A model generated the notes under the pieces. That model had not been told where the DNA came from, searched no databases, and saw only the letters and a list, made by a program, of their open reading frames with translations. Both the position numbers and the translations under genes were made by a program. From Candidatus Omnitrophota bacterium (GTDB lineage Bacteria; Omnitrophota; Gorgyraeia; Gygaellales; Profunditerraquicolaceae), in contig JAQURX010000001.1 of NCBI GenBank assembly GCA_028715415.1, positions 90,584-154,583 on the forward strand: 64,000 nucleotides of DNA, written 5' to 3'. Positions 47,475-58,500 of the stretch are shown here, piece after piece (position 1 is the stretch's first letter; each line of letters opens with the position of its first letter).

Positions 47475-49718
47475 ATGTTTAACCTGACAGTATTAATAAT
47501 TGGTTTTAGTGGGCTTGTTGCGCAGGTGTTATTACTGCGTGAACTAATGGTTAATTTTTATGGCAATGAATTAACCTTGGGGATTATTTTGTCTAACTGG
47601 TTAGTTTCAGAGGCTATTGGAGCATTTTTGTTTGGAAAGGTTATTGATAGGATAAAGGACAAGATTAAAGTATTTATTATTTTGCAAGTAGTTTTTTCTT
47701 TTATGCTCCCGGTTGTCCTTTATTTTTCAAAAGATTTCAAAACGTTCTTAGGTTTGCCTCTGGGGGAGGGGTTGGGGCTTCAGGCTGTATTCATTGTTTC
47801 ATTTATTGTAATTTTTCCTGTTAGTTTCTGTCATGGTGGTTTATTTAGCTGCGGGAGTAAAATCCAGTCAGTATTTTTTAAGAATATTTCTCCTATAGGT
47901 AGATTCTATTTTCTTGAGTTAGTAGGGACAATAATTGGTGGGGTTGTGTTTACTTACCTTTTTATACCTTATTTAAATTCATTTTTTATTGTTTTTGTAA
48001 TTTTAATAATTAATATTGGGATTTGTTTTTATTTCCTAAGATTTACGAAGCTCAAATTATTAAAGTTTTTTGTTATCTCATCCTTTGTCTTTTGTTTAAT
48101 ATTTGGGTTAAGATTGGATTCAATTAATAAGTCTGCTTTGTTTAACCAATGGAAGGGTTTAAAAGTCCTAGAGAGCAGAAATTCTGTTTATGGAAATATA
48201 GTGCTCGCGGCCCAGAAGGAACAGGTCACTTTTTTCTATAATGGCCTTCCGGTTATAACCACGCCTTTTCCTGATAAACAGTTTATTGAGGATTTTGGTA
48301 ATCTTCCTTTATTGTTTCATGAAAAGCCGCTGGAAGTCTTAATTCTAGGAAGCGGGGCAGGCGGGCTGGTTAATGAAATTATAAAATATCCAATAAAGAA
48401 TATTGACTATGCAGAACTCGACCCTTTAATCTTGGGAATGCTTAAGAAATATCCTACCAGTTTGACTAAAAATGAATTTTCCGATAAAAGGCTGAGCGTT
48501 AAAAATGTAGATGCAAGGCTGTATTTGAGAGAAACTTTAAAGCAGTATGATGTTATTTTAATTGGTTTCTCGGGGCAGCCAGATTTATCAACTAATCGGG
48601 TTTTTACAGAAGAGTTTTTTTCTTTATTGAAGCTTAGGTTAAGGCCCGATGGTATTTTTTCGTTTTGGCTCCCCGGATCCTTAAGTTATCTTGGCATTGA
48701 GTTGCGCGATATAAATGCTTCAATTTTAAATGCCGCAAAATTGGTTTTTGAACACGTACGAATTGTCCCTGGAGATTATAATATTTTCTTAGCTTCTGAT
48801 TCTGTGGATTTATTAGAGGTTTCTCCGAATTTAGTCTGGCAAAGAATGAACTCAATGAATATTAGTAGCGCTATAATTAGCCTTGCTTATCTGGAGCATA
48901 GGCTAAGCAAAGAGCACGTTGTATGGTTTGATAGCCAATTAGAAAAGGCCTCCTTTGAAATTAATAGTGATTTTAAACCTGTAGCAGTCTACAAAACAGT
49001 TACGCTTTGGAATAGGAAATTTTCTCCAATTTTCGCTAAGGCGTTAAATTTTCTTGGAAAAATGAATTTCAGGATAGTGTTTTTTATTGCGTTAGTAATT
49101 TCATTAATTATGATTCTCATATATAAAATAAAGAAAGTTTTAAAGTTGCCAATTTGTTATTCTATAGCAACAACTGGTTTTTTTGGGATGTTGATGAGCT
49201 TAGTTTTGATCTTTTCTTACCAGACTTTTTATGGCTATTTATATAATAGAATAGGGCTTTTGATTGCGATATATATGGCAGGAGCTGCTTTGGGTGGCTT
49301 GTTAATAACTGCTAATTATAAAAAGATAAAAAAAGAATTTTCTTTTTTCTGGAAGTTAGAATTTTCAATAATAGTATTTACCCTAATTTGCGGCTTTATA
49401 ATTACTAAGGGAATGTATTTAGAAAGGTATTCTTCCTTTATTTTTACTATTCTATTCTTTTTGTCCGGGTTATTTACTGGGCTGGAATTTCCTCTGGCAG
49501 CCAAAATGTATCTGGGAGGGAATGATATCATGGTTGGAGAAACTGCTGGAGTGTTATATTTTTGGGATCTTTTAGGAGGCTGTCTTGCAGGATTAATAGG
49601 GGGAGTTGTTCTGTTGCCGGTTTTGGGGTTATTCAATACATGTTTAACTATTGCGTTGTTAAAGATAAGTAGCTTGTTTGTATATTCTTTAAGTAGAATT
49701 AAAGTGAGTATTGCATAA
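47475..49718 (+). CDS. Fused polytopic membrane (MFS-like) domain plus spermidine-synthase-fold domain; start uncertain
   Basis: About 12 N-terminal TM helices; the central domain EVLILGSGAGGLVNEIIKYP...DYAELDP is the spermidine synthase SAM/dcSAM-binding motif; C-terminal TM helices; the ATG at 47475 is chosen downstream of the terminator. Confidence 0.65.
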   Translation: MFNLTVLIIGFSGLVAQVLLLRELMVNFYGNELTLGIILSNWLVSEAIGAFLFGKVIDRIKDKIKVFIILQVVFSFMLPVVLYFSKDFKTFLGLPLGEGLGLQAVFIVSFIVIFPVSFCHGGLFSCGSKIQSVFFKNISPIGRFYFLELVGTIIGGVVFTYLFIPYLNSFFIVFVILIINIGICFYFLRFTKLKLLKFFVISSFVFCLIFGLRLDSINKSALFNQWKGLKVLESRNSVYGNIVLAAQKEQVTFFYNGLPVITTPFPDKQFIEDFGNLPLLFHEKPLEVLILGSGAGGLVNEIIKYPIKNIDYAELDPLILGMLKKYPTSLTKNEFSDKRLSVKNVDARLYLRETLKQYDVILIGFSGQPDLSTNRVFTEEFFSLLKLRLRPDGIFSFWLPGSLSYLGIELRDINASILNAAKLVFEHVRIVPGDYNIFLASDSVDLLEVSPNLVWQRMNSMNISSAIISLAYLEHRLSKEHVVWFDSQLEKASFEINSDFKPVAVYKTVTLWNRKFSPIFAKALNFLGKMNFRIVFFIALVISLIMILIYKIKKVLKLPICYSIATTGFFGMLMSLVLIFSYQTFYGYLYNRIGLLIAIYMAGAALGGLLITANYKKIKKEFSFFWKLEFSIIVFTLICGFIITKGMYLERYSSFIFTILFFLSGLFTGLEFPLAAKMYLGGNDIMVGETAGVLYFWDLLGGCLAGLIGGVVLLPVLGLFNTCLTIALLKISSLFVYSLSRIKVSIA

Positions 49719-49744
49719 ATTTCCTATTATGGTAAAATAATTTT

Positions 49745-50395
49745 ATGAAGAAGAGCTTGTTTTTAGTTTTCATTTTAGCCATAGTTTTTCCTCCTGGGAT
49801 ATGTTTTTCCCAATATTCTGTGTTAGATGATAGTAAGGTTTTTATTGAGCAGGGGGGACTTAAGCCTGAGAATGTAGAACAGGCTTTTGAGAGAGCTATG
49901 AAAAAAGTTGAAAAAGAGAGGACGGAAAAACGTGAAATTTTGACAGGCGAGCTTAAGGCAAGGCTTGATTCTGCTATACAGGAATGGATGAATGAAAAAA
50001 TTCATAAGAAAAATTCAGAAATTAACAGATTTGTAAATCAAGATTGGTATAAGTCTTCAAAGGTATTACCTGTCCCTCCAATACATGAGGATTATATTTT
50101 GAGAGATTTTGCTTATATTGTAGATAGGGCTGATATTATTGAAACTGATTCTATGGCAGCGCCATATAAGGCTCATGTTGTTATGCAAGAAAAGTTGTAT
50201 TTGGAAAAGAATCACGCTGCAAGTATCAGCTATAGAAATACTTATTTTTATACAGTGACGAGTTTGATTAATTTAAACTTAGAGTATAGAGGCAATCGGT
50301 TTGTGGCGATAAACTCCGACGAGAAGCTTACGGGCATTGAAAATCGCGTACCTCAGGATATAGCTTCGAAAATATTGAAACAAGCTTTTGATTAA
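49745..50395 (+). CDS. Hypothetical secreted protein
   Basis: Signal peptide MKKSLFLVFILAIVFPPGICFSQ; otherwise a charged, helical sequence. Confidence 0.45.
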   Translation: MKKSLFLVFILAIVFPPGICFSQYSVLDDSKVFIEQGGLKPENVEQAFERAMKKVEKERTEKREILTGELKARLDSAIQEWMNEKIHKKNSEINRFVNQDWYKSSKVLPVPPIHEDYILRDFAYIVDRADIIETDSMAAPYKAHVVMQEKLYLEKNHAASISYRNTYFYTVTSLINLNLEYRGNRFVAINSDEKLTGIENRVPQDIASKILKQAFD

Positions 50396-50418
50396 GAATA
50401 AAATCTTGCAAAAAACTC

Positions 50419-50446
50419 TTGACAAGATATTTTTTTGTTTTATAAT
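50419..50446 (+). promoter_or_regulatory. Sigma70 promoter of groESL: -35 TTGACA (50419-24), 16-bp spacer, -10 TATAAT (50441-46)
   Basis: Perfect consensus hexamers directly abutting the CIRCE element. Confidence 0.75.
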
Positions 50447-50472
50447 TAGCACTCCGAAACATAGAGTGCTAA
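50446..50472 (+). promoter_or_regulatory. CIRCE operator (HrcA binding site): TTAGCACTC-N9-GAGTGCTAA
   Basis: Exact match to the CIRCE consensus inverted repeat, 47 bp upstream of the groES ATG. Confidence 0.85.
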
Positions 50473-50518
50473 GATTTGAGCTTTAGTCATAACTAAATTA
50501 TAAAGGGAGGTGTTACAA

Positions 50519-50809
50519 ATGGATATTAGACCATTAGGCGATAGGGTAGTAATTAAGCCTTTAGAGGCTGAATCTAAAACCAAAGGAGGCATTTTACTTC
50601 CTGATACTGCTAAAGAAAAACCGCAAGAGGGTAAAGTAGTTGCTGTAGGAAAAGGTAAGGTTCTGGATAGCGGAGCTGTGCAGGCTTTGGAGGTAAAAGT
50701 TGGTGATAAGGTATTATACGGAAAATATTCCGGTAATGAAATCACGACTAAAGAAGGCGAAGAATTATTGATTATGAAAGAAGAAGATATTTTAGCAATA
50801 ATCAAATAA
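50519..50809 (+). CDS. groES: Co-chaperonin GroES
   Basis: [14 protein letters not shown]...GGILLPD...GKVVAVG; RBS AAAGGGAGG; ATG at 50519 (the track ORF extends to a GTG at 50510). Confidence 0.9.
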   Translation: MDIRPLGDRVVIKPLEAESKTKGGILLPDTAKEKPQEGKVVAVGKGKVLDSGAVQALEVKVGDKVLYGKYSGNEITTKEGEELLIMKEEDILAIIK

Positions 50810-50829
50810 GTAAAAGGAGAGTGAGTAGA

Positions 50830-52467
50830 ATGGCAAAACAGTTATTATACAGTGATGAAGCCCGCCGCAAGATTCTTAGCGGTGTTGAGCAACTGGCCAG
50901 AGCCGTTAAGGTTACTTTAGGGCCAAAGGGCCGCAATGTTGTAATTGATAAGAAATTTGGTTCTCCTACAATTACAAAAGACGGTGTTACAGTGGCAAAA
51001 GAAGTTGAATTGGAAGATTCCTTTGAGAATATGGGTGCCCAGATGGTAAAAGAAGTTGCAGAGAAAACTTCTGATATCGCTGGCGATGGAACCACTACAG
51101 CTACAGTTTTAGCTGAAGCAATCTATCGTGAAGGCTTGAAGAATGTTACAGCAGGGTCAAACCCGATGTCGTTAAAAAGGGGTATTGAGAAAGCTGTTGA
51201 GAGAGTAGTTGAGGATTTAAGCAAACTTTCTACTCCTATTAAAGATAAAAAAGAAATTGCTCAGGTTGCTTCAATTGCAGCTAATTCTGATACAGCAATT
51301 GGCGAGTTAATTGCCGAAGCAATGGATAAAGTAGGAAAAGACGGAGTTATTACTGTTGAAGAAGCTAAGTCAACAGCAACTACATTAGAAGTTGTTGAAG
51401 GTATGCAATTTGATCAAGGATATCTTTCTCCGTATTTTGTTACCGACGCAGAGAGAATGGAAGTACTTTTAGAGGATCCGTATATCCTTATATATGAGAA
51501 GAAGATTTCTTCTATTAAGGATATCCTTCCAATGTTGGAGAAAATTGCACGTACCGGAAAACCGCTTTTGATTATTGCTGAAGAAGTTGACGGTGAGGCT
51601 CTTGCTACATTAGTAGTAAATAAGATCCGTGGGACATTTGTTGCTTGCGCAGTTAAAGCTCCGGGTTATGGAGATAGGCGTAAAGCAATGCTTGAAGATA
51701 TTGCTATTCTTACCGGTGGTAAAGCAATAACTGAGGATTTGGGGATAAAATTAGAGAGTGTTGATGTTGATGAGTTAGGACGCGCTAAAAAAGTTAAAAT
51801 TGATAAAGAGAATACAACGATAGTTGAAGGTGCAGGTAAAGATGCGGCAATCAAAGCAAGAGTCGCCCAGCTTAAAAAACAGATAGACGATACTGATTCA
51901 GATTATGATAAAGAAAAGCTTCAGGAACGTTTAGCTAAATTAGCTGGCGGAGTTGCTGTTATCAATGTAGGCGCTGCAACCGAAACCGAAATGAAAGAGA
52001 AAAAGGCAAGAGTTGAAGATGCTTTGCATGCGACAAGAGCTGCTTCTCAGGAAGGTATTGTTCCTGGAGGTGGAGTTGCTTTAGTTCGTTCGATTCCCGG
52101 CCTTGAGAAAATGAAACTTGAAGGTGATGAGAAGATCGGAGCTGATATTGTAAAAAGAGCAATTGAAGAGCCGCTAAGACAGATTGCGCAAAACGCCGGT
52201 CTTGAGGGTTCTGTGGTTGTTCAACGCATAAAGCAGGAAAAAGCAAATATCGGATATGATGTGAATCAGAATGAATATGTTGATATGATTGAAGCGGGTG
52301 TCATTGATCCAACAAAAGTAACTCGTTCTGCTTTACAAAATGCAGCAAGTATCGCAGCCTTGTTACTTACTACTGAAACAGTGATTACTGATAAACCTGA
52401 AAAGGAAGATAAAATGCCGCCTATGCCACCAGGAGGAATGGGTGGAGGTATGGGGGGAATGTATTAA
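50830..52467 (+). CDS. groEL: Chaperonin GroEL
   Basis: [13 protein letters not shown]...GPKGRNVVI...[12 protein letters not shown]... and a C-terminal GGM repeat; ATG at 50830. Confidence 0.95.
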   Translation: MAKQLLYSDEARRKILSGVEQLARAVKVTLGPKGRNVVIDKKFGSPTITKDGVTVAKEVELEDSFENMGAQMVKEVAEKTSDIAGDGTTTATVLAEAIYREGLKNVTAGSNPMSLKRGIEKAVERVVEDLSKLSTPIKDKKEIAQVASIAANSDTAIGELIAEAMDKVGKDGVITVEEAKSTATTLEVVEGMQFDQGYLSPYFVTDAERMEVLLEDPYILIYEKKISSIKDILPMLEKIARTGKPLLIIAEEVDGEALATLVVNKIRGTFVACAVKAPGYGDRRKAMLEDIAILTGGKAITEDLGIKLESVDVDELGRAKKVKIDKENTTIVEGAGKDAAIKARVAQLKKQIDDTDSDYDKEKLQERLAKLAGGVAVINVGAATETEMKEKKARVEDALHATRAASQEGIVPGGGVALVRSIPGLEKMKLEGDEKIGADIVKRAIEEPLRQIAQNAGLEGSVVVQRIKQEKANIGYDVNQNEYVDMIEAGVIDPTKVTRSALQNAASIAALLLTTETVITDKPEKEDKMPPMPPGGMGGGMGGMY

Positions 52468-52497
52468 AAAGAAGTAAGAAATTGAAATAAAAGTAAA

Positions 52498-52548
52498 AAT
52501 GGGGTCGGAATTATTTTGAAGCTAAAATAAATCTGGCCCCATTTTCTT
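52498..52548 (+). terminator. Possible (weak) terminator downstream of groEL
   Basis: ATGGGGTC ... GGCCCCAT pairing (about 7 bp, long loop) followed by TTTTCTTATT. Confidence 0.3.
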
Positions 52549-52708
52549 ATTGACAAAGTGTCGGTATTATTATAAAATTAATATCTAAATTCTAATACAA
52601 TATTTATTAAAAGCACATAATCTGTTGATTTGTAATAGGTTATGAATATTGACCCTAATCCTAGCGGATGGATTGGGGTGAGCTTGTGCTCAAAGGAGAA
52701 AATTAAAA

Positions 52709-53869
52709 ATGGCAGAGTGGATAGGAATAGGAAGGCGAGCTCGTAGATGTTATGGTTTTGATGAAATTGCGCTTGTCCCAGGCGCGCAAACAGTTAATCC
52801 TAATGAGGTAAATATTTCTTTTGAAATTGATGGTAAGAAGTTTAAAGTTCCTATTCTAGCCGCTGCGATGGACGGCGTAGTTGATGTTAAATTTGCGATT
52901 GAAATGTCCGAGCTTGGTGGTATAGCTGTTTTAAATCTTGACGGCGTTCAGACTCGTTATGAGAATCCCGATAGCGTTTTGGAACAGATTTCCAAAGCAA
53001 CTCCTCAAAAAGCCACAGAATTGATTCAGTCAGTTTATACGACACCGATAAAAGAGAAATTAGTTACTAAGCGTGTTGCTGAAATAAAAAAGAAGAAGGG
53101 GACTGCAGTTGTAAGTTGTATCCCTGCTCATGCCGAGAAATTCTCTAAATTAGCAATAGCTGCGGGTGCTGATATGTTTGTAGTTCAGTCTACTGTGACT
53201 ACAACTAAACACATCGCAAAGGAATACAAAAGCCTTGATTTATTTAAATTCTGCAAACAAACCAAAATCCCAGTTATTATAGGTAATTGTGTTACTTATG
53301 AGACAACTGTTGGTTTAATGGAGACTGGAGCTGCAGCTTTATTAATTGGCGTTGGCCCAGGCGCAGCTTGCACAACCAGAGGAGTATTGGGGATTGGAGT
53401 CCCTCAGGTTACAGCAACAGTAGATGCAGCAGCTGCAAGAGATTTTCATTTTAAGAGAACCGGTAAATATGTTTCAATAATTACTGATGGCGGGATGAAT
53501 CGCGGTGGGGATATCTGTAGGGCAATTGCCTGCGGAGCAGATGCGGTAATGATTGGCTCAAGTTTTGCAAGGGCAAAAGAAGCTCCGGGAAGAGGTTATC
53601 ATTGGGGTATGGCTACATCTCATGTGAACCTGCCTCGCGGAACCCGTATTTATGTCGGGACTACAGGTACGCTTAAAGAAATTCTTTTTGGCCCTGCAAG
53701 AGTTGACGATGGGTCGCAGAATCTTATGGGAGCTTTAAAAACTTCCATGGGCTCATTAGGGGCATCTAATGTAAAAGAGATGCATGATGTGGAAATAATC
53801 ATTGCTCCTTCGATCCAGACAGAAGGCAAAATATTCCAAGCTTCACAAAAAGTAGGAATGGGAAAATGA
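52709..53869 (+). CDS. IMP dehydrogenase family protein lacking a CBS pair (GuaB3-like)
   Basis: [20 protein letters not shown] (catalytic Cys loop), [26 protein letters not shown]; 386 aa versus about 490 for canonical GuaB. Confidence 0.75.
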   Translation: MAEWIGIGRRARRCYGFDEIALVPGAQTVNPNEVNISFEIDGKKFKVPILAAAMDGVVDVKFAIEMSELGGIAVLNLDGVQTRYENPDSVLEQISKATPQKATELIQSVYTTPIKEKLVTKRVAEIKKKKGTAVVSCIPAHAEKFSKLAIAAGADMFVVQSTVTTTKHIAKEYKSLDLFKFCKQTKIPVIIGNCVTYETTVGLMETGAAALLIGVGPGAACTTRGVLGIGVPQVTATVDAAAARDFHFKRTGKYVSIITDGGMNRGGDICRAIACGADAVMIGSSFARAKEAPGRGYHWGMATSHVNLPRGTRIYVGTTGTLKEILFGPARVDDGSQNLMGALKTSMGSLGASNVKEMHDVEIIIAPSIQTEGKIFQASQKVGMGK

Positions 53870-55410
53870 CAAGACAAACAGTAGTAATATTAGATTTTGG
53901 TTCACAGTATACCCAGTTAATTGCACGTAGGGTTAGAGAAAATAAAGTATTCTCTAAGATTGTTCCGTTTAATATGAGCGCCAAAGAAATTGCAAGTTTA
54001 AACCCTAAAGGATTGATACTTTCCGGAGGCCCTGCTTCCGTAATAGATAAAAAGAAAAGCCCTTATCCTGATAAAGGAATCTTTAAGTTAGGGGTTCCTA
54101 TTTTAGGGATTTGTTATGGGATGCAGGTTATTTCGGAGATGCTTGGTGGGAAGGTTAGACATACTAAGAGCCGTGAATTCGGTAAAGCGGAACTTTTTAT
54201 TGATGATAACCGTGACCTTTTTAGCCATTTACCCGGAAATTTTACCTGTTGGGCTAGTCATGGAGATTATGTAACTAAGCTTCCTTCGGGATTCCGTACT
54301 ATAGCGCATACTCTTAACTCTCCGATTGCTGCGATTTCTAGCAAACAAAAAAAGATTTACGGAGTGCAGTTTCATCCGGAGGTAACGCATACCGACAAAG
54401 GAAATCAGATCCTAAGCAACTTCTTATTTAGAATTTGCGGATGCCTTTCCCGCTGGACAATGCAATCTTTCATTAAAGAATCAACTGAAAATACTAAAAA
54501 GCTCCTTGGTAAGGATAAGGTTGTTTTAGGTTTGTCAGGAGGGGTTGATTCTTCAGTTGCCGCATTGCTACTACACAAGGCAATCGGTAAGAATCTCCGT
54601 TGTATTTTTATAGATAACGGGCTTTTAAGAAAAGATGAGCCGCAGCAGATAAAGAATATTTTCCGCAATATGTATCATCTGAATTTAGATTATGTAGATA
54701 GAAGTAAAAGGTTCCTTGTGCGTCTTAAAGGCGTTACGGATCCGGAAGAAAAAAGAAAAATTATTGGTGATGAGTTTGTTAAGGTTTTTGAAGAAGAAGC
54801 TGATAAAGTAAAGGGAGTTAAATTTTTAGGGCAAGGTACTTTGTATCCGGATGTAATAGAGTCAATATCTGTTACCGGAGCGCCTTCCAGCAGGATTAAA
54901 AGCCATCATAACGTCGGTGGTTTGCCGGCTCACATGAAGCTAAAATTGGTTGAACCATTAAGAGATTTATTTAAAGATGAAGTCCGACAGATCGGGAAAG
55001 AATTAGGTTTGCCTGAAGCTATACTTTTCCGTCAGCCTTTCCCCGGACCTGGCCTTGCGATAAGGATTATCGGCGAGATTACTCAAGAGAGGCTTGATGT
55101 GTTAAGAGAAGTAGATTTAAGGGTTATTGAAGAGATAAGAAAAGCAGGATTGTATGAACAAATCTGGCAGTCATTTGCGATTTTGCTTCCAATAAAAAGC
55201 GTTGGAGTAATGGGTGATGAACGCACCTATGAAAATGTTGTAGCAATAAGATGTGTTTCTAGCTTTGACGGTATGACTGCTGACTGGGTTAAACTACCCT
55301 ATGAAATCATGGAAAGAATTTCCAACCGCATAATCAACGAAGTAAAAGGCGTTAACCGCGTTGTTTATGATATTAGTTCTAAACCACCTGCTACTATTGA
55401 GTGGGAATAA
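53866..55410 (+). CDS. guaA: GMP synthase (glutamine-hydrolysing)
   Basis: [36 protein letters not shown]-terminal KPPATIEWE. Confidence 0.95.
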   Translation: MTRQTVVILDFGSQYTQLIARRVRENKVFSKIVPFNMSAKEIASLNPKGLILSGGPASVIDKKKSPYPDKGIFKLGVPILGICYGMQVISEMLGGKVRHTKSREFGKAELFIDDNRDLFSHLPGNFTCWASHGDYVTKLPSGFRTIAHTLNSPIAAISSKQKKIYGVQFHPEVTHTDKGNQILSNFLFRICGCLSRWTMQSFIKESTENTKKLLGKDKVVLGLSGGVDSSVAALLLHKAIGKNLRCIFIDNGLLRKDEPQQIKNIFRNMYHLNLDYVDRSKRFLVRLKGVTDPEEKRKIIGDEFVKVFEEEADKVKGVKFLGQGTLYPDVIESISVTGAPSSRIKSHHNVGGLPAHMKLKLVEPLRDLFKDEVRQIGKELGLPEAILFRQPFPGPGLAIRIIGEITQERLDVLREVDLRVIEEIRKAGLYEQIWQSFAILLPIKSVGVMGDERTYENVVAIRCVSSFDGMTADWVKLPYEIMERISNRIINEVKGVNRVVYDISSKPPATIEWE

Positions 55411-55514
55411 GATAGTAATAAAAAAACGTCAAAATGACACAAGGCCACAAGTAACAAGTTTTAGATAACATGTTGGCCTAGTTACTTTGTGACCCATAGC
55501 TATCACGTATCATT

Positions 55515-58500
55515 ATGCCGCATTCCGATTTTATCCATCTCCACGTCCACACGCAATTTAGCCTTCTTGACGGCGCTTGCCGCTTACCTGAGTTATTAAA
55601 TCTTGCCAAAGAATACAAGATGGATTCTTTGGCTATCACAGATCATGGTAATATGTTCGGCGCTATTGAATTCTATCAGGAAGCGCAAAAGGCAGGGATT
55701 AAGCCAATTATCGGGTGTGAATTTTATGTTGCTCCCGGAAGCAGGCTTGATAAAACTTCTGTTGGGATAGATGAAGCCGCCTACCATTTAATACTTCTTG
55801 CTAAGGATGAATTAGGATATCAAAATTTAATGAAGCTGGTTTCTAAGGCTTATTTAGAAGGTTTTTATTATCGGCCGCGTATAGATAAAGAAATCCTTTC
55901 GCAATATTCTAAAGGGCTTATAGGATTAACTGCTTGCCTTAAAGGAGAAATACCTTCTTTAATTCAGCAGAAGCGTTTTAACGACGCACTAAAAACTGCT
56001 GATATTTATCTGAACATATTGGGTAAATCTAATTTTTTCCTTGAGCTGCAGGCTAATTCAATACCGGAACAAAAAAAAGTTAATGAAGGGTTAGTAAAGA
56101 TTTCTAACGAATTAAAAATCCCGCTTGTTGCAACCAATGACGTGCACTATTTGACTAAAGAAAGAGCGCTCAGCCACGAAGCGCTTCTTTGCATCCAAAC
56201 TCAAACTACTCTCGACGACCCTAATCGTATGCGTTTTCAAACTGAAGAGTTTTACTTTAGATCCCCTCAGGAAATGATCAATATTTTTAAGGATTATCCT
56301 CAAGCTATCGCTAACACATTGGAAATTGCCCATCGCTGTAATCTTGAACTAGATTTTTCAAAATTGCATTTGCCGAAATATGACCCGCCTGAAGGTTTAA
56401 CTAAGGAAGATTTTTTGTTGCAGCTTTGTGAAAAAGGGCTAGAGAGAAGGTATAAAGGGGTAAATCCCGCTATTCAAGAACGCCTTAACCACGAGTTAAA
56501 AATTATTAAGAACATGGGTTATGTAAGTTATTTTTTGATAGTTTGGGATTTTATTAATTATGCTAAGAGCCAAGGAATTCCTGTTGGTCCGGGAAGAGGT
56601 TCTGCTGCGGGAAGTATCGTAAGTTATTTATTAGGGATTACCGATATTAACCCTTTGGAATACGGGCTTTTGTTTGAGAGGTTCTTGAATCCTGATCGTA
56701 TTGGGATGCCCGATATAGATATAGACTTTTGTTATGAAAGGCGCCAGGAAGTAATTGATTATGTTACTAATAAATATGGCAGACAGAATGTAGCGCAGAT
56801 TATTACTTTTGGTACCATGCAAGCTCGCGGTGTAGTCAGGGATGTAGGTAGGGTAATGGGTATTGCATATGCTGATGTTGACCGGCTCGCAAAATTAATC
56901 CCTCCTGAACCAAACACGACTTTAAAAGACGCTTTAGATAATGAGCCGGAATTAAATAATCTTACTAAAAGCGATCCTCAGATAACAAAACTTACTAATA
57001 TCGCGCTTTCTTTGGAAGGCTTAAACCGCCATGCGTCAATTCACGCGGCAGGAGTTGTAATAGGAGATAAGCCGCTTGATAATTACAGCCCGCTATTTAA
57101 GACTAGCGACGACCAAGTGACTACGGGTTATAGTATGGGTGCTTTAGAGAAGATTGGTTTGCTTAAGATGGATTTTCTTGGTTTAAGAACCCTTACCGTT
57201 ATTGACCAAACAACAAAGATTATTAAAGAAACGAAAGGCAGAGATATTGATTTAGATAATATTGCTCTTGATGATAAGAATACGTATAAACTTTTGAGTA
57301 ATGCTAAAACTATAGGGGTGTTCCAAGTAGAAAGTTCCGGAATGCGCGATTTATTAAGAAAGCTCGAGCCGGAACGTTTTGAAGATTTAATTGCTCTTTT
57401 GGCTTTGTATAGGCCGGGCCCCATCGGAAGCGGGATGCTAGATGATTTTATTAAAAGAAAACATAATCTTATTTCAATCAAATATGAACACCCCAAGTTA
57501 GAAACAATCCTAAAAGAAACTTACGGGATTATGGTTTATCAAGAGCAGATTATGCAAATCGCTTCTGTCCTAGCTGGATTTAGCCTTGCACAAGCCGATC
57601 TTTTGCGTAAGGCGATGGGTAAGAAGATCCCTGAGGTTATGGAAAAAGAGCGTAAAAATTTCATTACAGGTTGTGTTAAAAACGGCGTTAAAGAAAGTAT
57701 CGCTGCTAAGATTTTTGATTTGATAGAATATTTTTCCGGGTATGGATTTAATAAATCGCATAGCGCTGCGTATGCTTTAATTTCTTACCGAACAGCATAT
57801 CTTAAGGCAAATTTTCCTGTTGAATTTATGACAGCGTTACTTACTTCAGAACGTGACAATACAGATAAGATTGTAGAATATGTAAATGAGGCTAACCGTA
57901 TGGGCCTTCAGATGTTGCCTCCAGACATAAATGAAAGTAGTGCGTTATTTAAAGTAATAGACGATAAAACCATCCGTTTCGGCTTATTGGCAGTCAAGAA
58001 TGTTGGAGCAGGTGCGATTGATTCTATCATTGAAGCAAGAAAGAACGGGAAATTTGTTTCTCTTGAAGACATGTGTCAGAGAATAGATTTAAGGCTTGTA
58101 AATAAAAAAGTATTAGAGAGTTTGATAAAATGCGGTGCCTTGGATTCTTTTTCTATGCCGCGTGCTCAAATGTTTGCTGGCTTAGAGCAGATACTAGAGC
58201 AATCTTCAAAGCTGCAAAAAGAGCGTTCAACAGGGCAACTTTCATTTTTTGACCAGAATTTAAGCCAGGATGCTTTTAAGAAATCTAAATTAAATCTCCC
58301 CCAGGTTAGAGAATGGCCTGAGCCGCAAATTTTGTCTTTTGAAAAAGATATGTTAGGTTTTTATGTGAGCGGGCATCCTTTGGCCAGGTATGCAGGGCAA
58401 TTGCGGCGTTTTGCTTCTACTTCAATTGCAAATCTGTCACTTTGTAAAGATGAAGAAGAAGTGAAGATTGTAGGGTTGATTGCGAAAATAAAAAACACTT

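Noticed and set aside
52381-52467. A glycine/methionine-rich repetitive stretch that could be mistaken for a tandem DNA repeat.
   Set aside because: It is the normal C-terminal GGM repeat tail of GroEL.
52549-52708. Possible small RNA or riboswitch in the 240-bp groEL-guaB-like spacer (TTGACA at 52550, AT-rich stretch, then GGATGGATTGGGGTGAGCTTGTGCTC).
   Set aside because: I see no recognisable riboswitch consensus (purine, ZTP, etc.). It is more simply explained as a promoter plus 5' UTR of the IMPDH-family gene. A covariance-model search would be needed.
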